Positions 57,218-64,000 of a DNA stretch of 64,000 nt are shown piece by piece. The position numbers and the translations under genes were made by a program. The notes beneath the pieces are model-generated. The model was not told the DNA's origin. It did not search any database and saw nothing but the letters and a program-made list of their open reading frames with translations. How positions within the stretch are numbered: the first letter of the stretch is position 1; every line of letters starts with the position of its first letter. The DNA is from Desulfatiglandales bacterium (lineage in GTDB: Bacteria > Desulfobacterota > DSM-4660 > Desulfatiglandales > Desulfatiglandaceae), in the NCBI GenBank assembly GCA_963666345.1, contig OY762721.1, forward strand, positions 832,001-896,000. Reading direction: 5' to 3'.

Positions 57218-58216
57218 ATGGGCTTTCTTGATGAAGCGGTTATTACGGCAAGATCCGGGGACGGGGGAAAGGGATGCGTCAGTTTCAGAAGAGAAAAATT
57301 CATCCCAAAAGGAGGACCTGACGGAGGCGATGGGGGTGACGGGGGCAGCATAATAGTGCTGGCCACAAAAAACCTCCAGAATCTGTCGGGCTTTAACTCC
57401 AGAAGATATTTCAGGGCACCCAATGGAGAACATGGAAAAGGAAGGAACCGTTCGGGCCGAAACGGTGAGGACCTTTTACTCATGGTTCCGTTGGGAACGA
57501 TAATAAGTGATCTAAATACCGATGAAATATTTGCAGATCTTACCAGAGACAACCAGAAGATAACCCTGCTTCCAGGAGGAAAGGGAGGCAAAGGGAACCA
57601 GCGCTTCGCAACCTCAACCAACAGATCCCCTCATTTCGCTCAGCCCGGAATTCCGGGCCATGAACTGCAACTCAGACTTACACTCAAGGTCCTTGCCGAT
57701 ATCGGCCTGATAGGCTTACCCAACGCAGGTAAATCCACTCTCCTTTCCCGCCTCAGCATGGCACGGCCGAAAGTAGACAGTTATCCGTTCACCACCCTGT
57801 CTCCAAACCTGGGAGTAATGGATATTGACGAAGAAAGATCGATCGTTATCGCCGATATCCCGGGATTGATAAAGGGAGCGAGCAGAGGCAGGGGTCTGGG
57901 GCTGAGATTTCTCAAACATATTGAAAGGACAAGGCTTCTTCTGCACCTTCTTGACATTACATCCACCGGAGGTGATGATATATTGTGGGATTTTCATACA
58001 ATAAGAAGGGAACTGGAAGAATACAGCCCTGAATTGGTGGACAAGCCTTTTCTGGTATTAATAAACAAGGTCGACCTGAAAGAAACAGGCGGCAGGGATA
58101 TGGATCGGATCAAAAAGGCGTTTGATGATATCGGGGTCAAAAGCATTTTCATTTCAGCCCTTACAGGGAAAGGGATTGAAAGGGTCAAATCGATCATCTC
58201 TGAAATAGCCCGTTAG
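57218..58216 (+). CDS. obgE: GTPase ObgE/CgtA
   Basis: FRREKFIPKGGPDGGDGG, GLPNAGKST, YPFTT, DIPG, NKVD. Confidence 0.97.
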   Translation: MGFLDEAVITARSGDGGKGCVSFRREKFIPKGGPDGGDGGDGGSIIVLATKNLQNLSGFNSRRYFRAPNGEHGKGRNRSGRNGEDLLLMVPLGTIISDLNTDEIFADLTRDNQKITLLPGGKGGKGNQRFATSTNRSPHFAQPGIPGHELQLRLTLKVLADIGLIGLPNAGKSTLLSRLSMARPKVDSYPFTTLSPNLGVMDIDEERSIVIADIPGLIKGASRGRGLGLRFLKHIERTRLLLHLLDITSTGGDDILWDFHTIRRELEEYSPELVDKPFLVLINKVDLKETGGRDMDRIKKAFDDIGVKSIFISALTGKGIERVKSIISEIAR

Positions 58217-58262
58217 CATTGCAGTGTATTGATTTTAAGTAAAACCAAAGGCAGGTGCGGCA

Positions 58263-59435
58263 TTGGAAAAGACTTCAAGAAAACAGATACTGAGAAAGAT
58301 AAAAAGGGCCGTTATCAAAGTGGGAAGCGGGGTCCTCACCAGAGAAGACGGACTTAACACGGATATAATAAAGAGTTTTTCAGATGATATCTGCAGACTT
58401 TCAAACAGGAATATCGACATCATTCTGGTTACATCCGGTGCCATAGCCTCAGGCTTGAAAAAGGTCGGGTTCACAAAAAGGCCGCAGTCTCTCTCCCAGC
58501 AGCAGGCAGTGGCCGCTATCGGGCAGAGCAGCCTGATGATGGCCTATGAGGAGGCCTTCGGCAGGCATGGCAGAAAGGTTGCCCAGATACTCACTACCAG
58601 GGACGACCTTACTCACAGGCGCCGGTATCTGAACGCCAGGAACACAATCCTCACTCTGCTTTCCTGGAAGATTATCCCCGTTATAAACGAAAACGACACG
58701 GTCGTGGTGGATGAAATCAAGTATGGCGATAACGATAACCTGAGCGCGATGATAACCAACCTGATAGATTCCCAGCTTCTGGTTAATCTGACGAATATCG
58801 ACGGACTCTTTGACAAGGACCCAAGGGACAATAAAGACGCCAGGCTTATAAAGGAAGTTGAAAAGGTCGACAGAAAGGTCCTGAAATTTGCCGGTAAAAT
58901 CCCCGGGTTTCTAGGCACGGGCGGTATGGAAAGCAAGATAAGGGCCGCCAAGAAGGTGGCACTCAGAGGGGTGCCCACTATAATCGCAAACGGGCTCAAG
59001 CCCGGTATCATATGGGATATATTTGACGCAAAGGAAGAAGGCACACTCTTTCTGCCGGGTGAGGTATCACTTTGCAGCAGAAAGCACTGGATCGCCTTTA
59101 CAAAATCTCCCAAAGGGGAGATAGTCATCGACAGGGGAGCGGAAAAGGCGATCGTCTCTAATGGGAAAAGTCTCCTTCCCTCAGGGATTTCAGAGGTAAG
59201 AGGCCGATTCAGCCAGGGCAATTCGGTTATTATCCTGAATGAAGCGGGAGAACAACTTGCGGTGGGCATGGTAAATTATCACTCAGGTGATCTGAAAAAG
59301 ATAGCAGGAGCCAAGACCGTGGATATTGAAACCCTGCTGGGCTTCAAACATGACGACGAGGTTATTCACAGAGACAACCTGGTTCTTGCCTCTCATCTGG
59401 ATGAGGGGGAAGACCTCTGCCGTCTGAGGGGATGA
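58263..59435 (+). CDS. proB: Glutamate 5-kinase with PUA domain
   Basis: VIKVGS, TSGAIA, NENDTV, GDNDNL, GTGGM, IHRDNL. Confidence 0.96.
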   Translation: MEKTSRKQILRKIKRAVIKVGSGVLTREDGLNTDIIKSFSDDICRLSNRNIDIILVTSGAIASGLKKVGFTKRPQSLSQQQAVAAIGQSSLMMAYEEAFGRHGRKVAQILTTRDDLTHRRRYLNARNTILTLLSWKIIPVINENDTVVVDEIKYGDNDNLSAMITNLIDSQLLVNLTNIDGLFDKDPRDNKDARLIKEVEKVDRKVLKFAGKIPGFLGTGGMESKIRAAKKVALRGVPTIIANGLKPGIIWDIFDAKEEGTLFLPGEVSLCSRKHWIAFTKSPKGEIVIDRGAEKAIVSNGKSLLPSGISEVRGRFSQGNSVIILNEAGEQLAVGMVNYHSGDLKKIAGAKTVDIETLLGFKHDDEVIHRDNLVLASHLDEGEDLCRLRG

Positions 59436-59471
59436 ACCCTGTATCGCGCGCATTGAACGGAGAGGTTAATT

Positions 59472-60104
59472 GTGAGAGTAGGGATATTCGGAGGCACATT
59501 TGATCCGATCCACCTTGGGCATCTGCGAACCGCGGAGGAAATCGGCGAAGGGCTGAATCTGGACAGGGTCTATCTTATTCCATCAGCCAACCCTCCTCAC
59601 AAGGATAATGAAGAAGTGACCCCTTTCAATCTAAGGCTTGAAATGGCCCGGATAGCAAAGGGAGATTCTCCGCTTCTCGAAGTCCTGGATCTGGAGGGGG
59701 AAAGGGCCGGTTTTTCCTACAGTATCGAGACGCTGAAGGAAATCGATTCAAAACTGGGTGAAAAGGCCCGGCTCTTTTTTATAATAGGTGAAGACGCGTT
59801 TCTGGAAATCAGGACCTGGAAGGATTACAAGTCTCTCTTCGATTATGCCCATTTTGTGATAATCAGACGAACAGGGACCCGTAAAGGAGATATAGAAGAG
59901 ATTATTTCAGGCATGGGAGCGACGATCAAGGGCCCTGACATTTACACGATGCCCTCTAAAAAAGAGCTTATACGTTTCTCCACCACTGCGCTTGATATAT
60001 CTGCGACACGGATCAGGACTATCTTCAGGCAGGGAGGGTCGATCAGGTTTCTGGTCACTCAAAATGTCCTGGACTACATAACCGAAAAAGGCCTGTACAG
60101 GTAA
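59472..60104 (+). CDS. nadD: Nicotinate-nucleotide adenylyltransferase
   Basis: GGTFDPIHLGH, PPHK, ISATRIR. Confidence 0.96.
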   Translation: MRVGIFGGTFDPIHLGHLRTAEEIGEGLNLDRVYLIPSANPPHKDNEEVTPFNLRLEMARIAKGDSPLLEVLDLEGERAGFSYSIETLKEIDSKLGEKARLFFIIGEDAFLEIRTWKDYKSLFDYAHFVIIRRTGTRKGDIEEIISGMGATIKGPDIYTMPSKKELIRFSTTALDISATRIRTIFRQGGSIRFLVTQNVLDYITEKGLYR

Positions 60105-60106
60105 AT

Positions 60107-60481
60107 ATGAAAACCATCGATAAGGCGAAACTCTGTCTTTCCATAATCAATGAACGTAAAGCGCTTGATCCGATCCTTTTCCATGTCGAGGGACTTACCA
60201 GCATAGCGGACTACTTTATTATCGCAAGCGGCAACTCCAGCCGGCAGGTCCAGGCCATAGCCGGACATCTTGAAAAAACGATGAGGGAAAAGGGACTCAA
60301 ACCGGGCGGGGTGGAAGGCGGACAGGAAGGACACTGGGTACTGCTCGACTACGGAGATGTTATCATACATATATTCTATCAACCATACAGGGAGTTCTAC
60401 GACCTTGAAGGTCTGTGGATCGACGCAGCCAGGATCGATATGGATGAACCTCCCGGGACACCAAAAGACCTTTCAAAATGA
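60107..60481 (+). CDS. rsfS: Ribosome silencing factor
   Basis: IADYFII, WVLLDYGDVIIHIF, FYDLEGLW. Confidence 0.96.
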   Translation: MKTIDKAKLCLSIINERKALDPILFHVEGLTSIADYFIIASGNSSRQVQAIAGHLEKTMREKGLKPGGVEGGQEGHWVLLDYGDVIIHIFYQPYREFYDLEGLWIDAARIDMDEPPGTPKDLSK

Positions 60482-61887
60482 AAAGGATTCCATTTTTTTT
60501 AGCCGCAATAACCATCTTTTCCCTCTTGATATCCTCCGGAGTCTCCTGTCTTTTTGACTCGAAGGCTTACGCGATCTCCATCAAAGAGGAGGAGGACCTG
60601 GGGAAAGAGTTTTTAAGAAGCATTAAAAGACAGTATTCCCTTGTTGAAGAGGATTTTTCCAACAGGTTCATCAATGATCTGGGTGGGTATCTTTCAAAAT
60701 CGCGCGACCCAAAGCACTTCCGCCTGAAATTTTACATACTCAAGCACAATACGCTGAATGCATTCGCAGCCCCGGGAGGACATATCTTCATCTTCTCAGG
60801 CCTCATAGAAACCTTTGACGATATAGACGAACTGGCCGGAGTAATAACTCATGAGATAGGGCATGTGGCGGCAAGACACCTTTCCCAGCGTATCGAACAG
60901 GGTAAGAGGATCGGATATGCCACGCTCGCCGGTGTGCTGGCCGGTGTGCTCATAGGCGGTGAGGCGGCCGAAGCGCTTATTACCGGGTCCATGGCCGCGA
61001 ATCTGCAGGCGCAGCTTCGATACAGTCGTACCGATGAACGCCAGGCGGACCAGCTGGGATTCAAATATATGAAGGCGTCCGGCTTTGAGCCGCAAGGGAT
61101 GATCAGCACCCTGAATAAACTGGAAAAAGGCAGCTGGTACGCCTCGGGACAGGTCCCTGCCTACCTGCTGACACACCCTACAGGCCCTGAGAGGATGGCA
61201 AATCTTGACGCGATGATCAGTTCATTCAGACCCGGGGTGGAAAAGCATGAAGAGGTTACCCGTTTTACCGAGATGTTTCCCATCTTCAAGGCGGTGGTAA
61301 GGGCGACCTGTCTTGATTCCTTTGAGGCTGAAAGGTTGTTCAGGCTGGATCTGGAAAAGGACCCTGAGGCGCTTCTTCCCAATTTTGGTCTCGGCCTGGT
61401 TTACAAAGAGGGCGCAAGGTATGAAAAGGCCGTCTATCATTTTAAAAAGGCGCTTGAAAAAGATCATGACAATATCCCTGTCCTGACCCATCTGGGAGAG
61501 GCATACCGTATGAGCGGTGACAATCGGACGGCCATCGTCTTTCTGGAAAAGGCGTTGAGACTGGATAACAAGAGCGACTCAGCCCGTTTTCATCTCGCAT
61601 TTGCCTATGAGAAGATGGAAAACTATGAAAAGGCCATACCCCTTTTTGAAAGGCTTGCCCTTCAAAAGGGCGCCGAAAATGAGGTCTACTATCACCTGGG
61701 GCTTTCCTACGGAAAAAGCGGCAGGCTCCCGCTTGCTCATTACAATTTCGGCCGCTATTTCATGAAGATTCACAGCCCGGAAAAGGCGAGATTTCATTTC
61801 GAAAAGGCGGAAGCGCTGGCTGAAGGCATGCCTGAACTGGCAGATAAAGTAGCCAAGGAAATTAGGGAACTTGACAAAAAAAAGTGA
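60478..61887 (+). CDS. M48 metalloprotease with TPRs (BepA/YfgC-like)
   Basis: NAFAAPGG, HEIGH, YSR.DE.QAD, YLLTHP, C-terminal TPRs. Confidence 0.9.
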   Translation: MKRIPFFLAAITIFSLLISSGVSCLFDSKAYAISIKEEEDLGKEFLRSIKRQYSLVEEDFSNRFINDLGGYLSKSRDPKHFRLKFYILKHNTLNAFAAPGGHIFIFSGLIETFDDIDELAGVITHEIGHVAARHLSQRIEQGKRIGYATLAGVLAGVLIGGEAAEALITGSMAANLQAQLRYSRTDERQADQLGFKYMKASGFEPQGMISTLNKLEKGSWYASGQVPAYLLTHPTGPERMANLDAMISSFRPGVEKHEEVTRFTEMFPIFKAVVRATCLDSFEAERLFRLDLEKDPEALLPNFGLGLVYKEGARYEKAVYHFKKALEKDHDNIPVLTHLGEAYRMSGDNRTAIVFLEKALRLDNKSDSARFHLAFAYEKMENYEKAIPLFERLALQKGAENEVYYHLGLSYGKSGRLPLAHYNFGRYFMKIHSPEKARFHFEKAEALAEGMPELADKVAKEIRELDKKK

Positions 61888-61899
61888 CTATCAGTCGAT

Positions 61900-62724
61900 T
61901 CATTCTGTACCATTGCCCCCTGTTTCATCGGTTAAGCCATTTAAATTCGTCAGATATGAATCCGGGTCATTCAAAAAGTCTCTGTAAAATTTGAAGCTTT
62001 TGGTTTCTTCATATGAAATCTCCGTGATCGGGACATGGTCGAAGCTGAGGGTCTGCGCACCCGGATACCCCAAAATAATGGGTGAGTGAGTGCATATGAC
62101 GAACTGCACCTTTGAAACCGTTTCCACGATACCCCGGAGGACCTTGAGAAAAGTCAGCTGATTTGCAGGGGAAAGTGCCGCCTCAGGTTCATCCAAAAGA
62201 TATAATCCATTTAGGACGCACCTGTTTTTAAAAAAAGAGAGAAAGGCCTGGCCGTGAGACTGCTCATGAAGTGAAACTCCACCGTAGTAGTCAAGAATCC
62301 CGGGATCCGTCATAACTATATCGTCCAGGGAGGAGGCATAATTGAAAAAATTCTCCGACCTGAAAAGAAAACCTTTCGTAACACCCTGCCTCGGCCAAGA
62401 ACCTTTAAGGGAGATAAAATCACTCAATCTTGTCTCAAAGGGGTTCCCGTGCAATATGTGGGTCTTCTCCCCTCCCCATACCGTGAGGCCGTAATTCCTT
62501 GCTATCGCCTCCAGGACAGATGATTTTCCACTGCCGTTGTCCCCCACAAAAAAGGCGACCCTCCTTTTCAGATCCATACGCCCTGTCTTCTTCAAAAGAC
62601 TTATGTTGAAGGGGTAGTTGTCCCTTGCAGGAAAATGATTGTTATGTATTACAATGGAATCGACATACATCTGATTTGACCTGAAAACGTTGTCAGCTGT
62701 CTCTGCCGGGACCAGGTTTTCCAC
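61900..62724 (-). CDS. AAA/ABC-type ATPase (COG3910-like)
   Basis: GDNGSGKS, SLHEQSHGQAF, LLDEPEAALSP, THSPIIL. Confidence 0.88.
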   Translation of the reverse strand: MENLVPAETADNVFRSNQMYVDSIVIHNNHFPARDNYPFNISLLKKTGRMDLKRRVAFFVGDNGSGKSSVLEAIARNYGLTVWGGEKTHILHGNPFETRLSDFISLKGSWPRQGVTKGFLFRSENFFNYASSLDDIVMTDPGILDYYGGVSLHEQSHGQAFLSFFKNRCVLNGLYLLDEPEAALSPANQLTFLKVLRGIVETVSKVQFVICTHSPIILGYPGAQTLSFDHVPITEISYEETKSFKFYRDFLNDPDSYLTNLNGLTDETGGNGTE

Positions 62725-62747
62725 GATACAACAAAGCCTGATACGTC

Positions 62748-63176
62748 TTAATCCGCCTCCGGTAGCTTTTTTTCGATCAGGAGGGCAATCATCTTTTTGT
62801 CGGCCGGCGGGAACCTGTATGCGGAAAGTTCACCGGGTGCGACCCATTTAATCTCTTGGCATTGAATCGGCCTAGGCTCTCCGCTAATGTACTCGCAGGA
62901 AAAAAAATGAAGTATTACGACCCTGTCTTTGTATTCATGTGATACGCTGAGAAGTGCCTTTTCAGCCCTTATCCGGAATCCGAGTTCCTCTTCCACCTCT
63001 CTTTCAAGGCATTGCTCCAGGGTTTCCCCATTTTCCAGTTTGCCGCCGGGAAACTCCCAGTAATCTTCAAGATGACTGCCTTTCGCCCGTTTTGATATCA
63101 GAAGTTTGCCTTTATCCCGGATCAGAGCCGCCGTAACATGAAGGCTGGGTTTCTGGGGCCCTTTTCTATTTACCAC
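62748..63176 (-). CDS. mutT: NUDIX hydrolase, 8-oxo-dGTP diphosphatase
   Basis: WEFPGGKLENGET.EQCL.REV.EELG, FPPAD. Confidence 0.88.
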   Translation of the reverse strand: MVNRKGPQKPSLHVTAALIRDKGKLLISKRAKGSHLEDYWEFPGGKLENGETLEQCLEREVEEELGFRIRAEKALLSVSHEYKDRVVILHFFSCEYISGEPRPIQCQEIKWVAPGELSAYRFPPADKKMIALLIEKKLPEAD

Positions 63177-64000
63177 CCGTTACCCCCTCCAGTCTGAGTT
63201 TGAGATAGGCCTCCTCAGCCTCCTCATGACCGGGTGACAGGGTCACCACCTTCTTATATGCATCAAGCGCCCCTTTAAGCTCACCCTGCTTTTCTTTGAG
63301 CCTGGCCAGATTCAGCCAAAGATTCACGTCCCCGGGTCTTTTCTTGAGTATTTCCTGAATCTGTTCGGCCGCTTTTTGTTCCTGACCTGTCTTCAGATAG
63401 GCAACCACCATATACTCTCTCAGCTCACCGCCGTCCTCAAACAGATCCAGATTATTTTCCATCAGGGAAATGACCCCCTTGAATTCGCCCTGCCCGCTCA
63501 GCCGGTCGAAGGCATATTGATAAGGGGATATATCCTTTGATTTCATTGAGATCAGGGTGGCGGCCTCCTTAAATGCCTCAGACGGCATCTTGAGCCTTTT
63601 GTAGAGCTCAAAGACTATTTCGTGTACCTTCCGATCCCCCGGCTGCAGCTTGAGATATCTTTCGAAAAAGTCCCGGCTTTCGGTCAAATCACCCATGCCG
63701 TATTCAAGGGCGCCGAGGTTATAGAGCACGGTCTCATTTTCCGGCTCCTGATCAATAATTCTCTTATATATTTCACTCAGTTTTTCATCCTTTTCCTCTT
63801 GCTCCAGTATCCGGGCCATAAGGACAAGAGCCTCGATCCTGTTTTTGTCCTTTTCAAGCACCTCTGACAGATACTTTTTTGCATCCTCATTGTCGCCTTT
63901 TTCCATAAGGCGCTGAGCCAATGCGATTCGTCCCTCTTCATCCTCCCTGTTGAGGGTTACGGCATTGGCCAGGTAAAAATCGGCCTTCTTCTTTTCACCG
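63166..64000 (-). CDS. TPR-repeat protein (5' end outside the window)
   Basis: Frame open to the window edge; several TPR-like helices. Confidence 0.85.
   Translation of the reverse strand, partial: GEKKKADFYLANAVTLNREDEEGRIALAQRLMEKGDNEDAKKYLSEVLEKDKNRIEALVLMARILEQEEKDEKLSEIYKRIIDQEPENETVLYNLGALEYGMGDLTESRDFFERYLKLQPGDRKVHEIVFELYKRLKMPSEAFKEAATLISMKSKDISPYQYAFDRLSGQGEFKGVISLMENNLDLFEDGGELREYMVVAYLKTGQEQKAAEQIQEILKKRPGDVNLWLNLARLKEKQGELKGALDAYKKVVTLSPGHEEAEEAYLKLRLEGVTGGK

Noticed and set aside
1..64000. Many antisense/overlapping ORFs in the track (e.g. 7278-7964, 28552-29439, 40621-41328, 58613-59269); tRNA/rRNA genes; Sec/Pyl readthrough
   Set aside because: The shadow ORFs lie opposite well-supported genes and show no motifs; no tRNA or rRNA pattern was recognised; no gene showed homology continuing past an in-frame TGA/TAG

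Overview
A bacterial chromosomal window, most consistent with an anaerobic Desulfobacterota ('deltaproteobacterial') genome. This assignment is inferred from gene content and repeat style; no rRNA or tRNA was seen. 1-17.2 kb: mixed housekeeping and accessory genes (TAT-exported polysaccharide deacetylase behind an NrdR-box-like promoter, trxC, MBL hydrolase + APC permease, a Trp-2,3-dioxygenase-like gene, cyanophycinase, tex, rnd, uup, def). About 17.3-34.4 kb: a mosaic accessory region whose cargo modules (phasin-patatin-AarF, MFS, a duplicated membrane protein, clsB/EEP, a Slam/DUF560 + FecR-TbpB-barrel pair) sit between copies of a repeat family tipped by TGACCCC. It also holds a solo integron-type vapBC cassette with an intact attC, a group II intron scrap, IS200/hsdM/rhuM/integrase/EAL remnants and two more TA loci. 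34.4-39.6 kb: lexA-imuB-dnaE2 mutagenesis cassette. 39.7-56.3 kb: molybdate/tungstate ABC, MFS, amino-acid ABC, GlcD-like oxidoreductase, LarA-family enzyme, TRAP transporter, aminotransferase/omega-amidase. 56.5-64 kb: rplU-rpmA-obgE-proB-nadD-rsfS (no proA), M48 protease, ATPase, mutT and a partial TPR gene. All calls are by eye from motifs; no database search was run.
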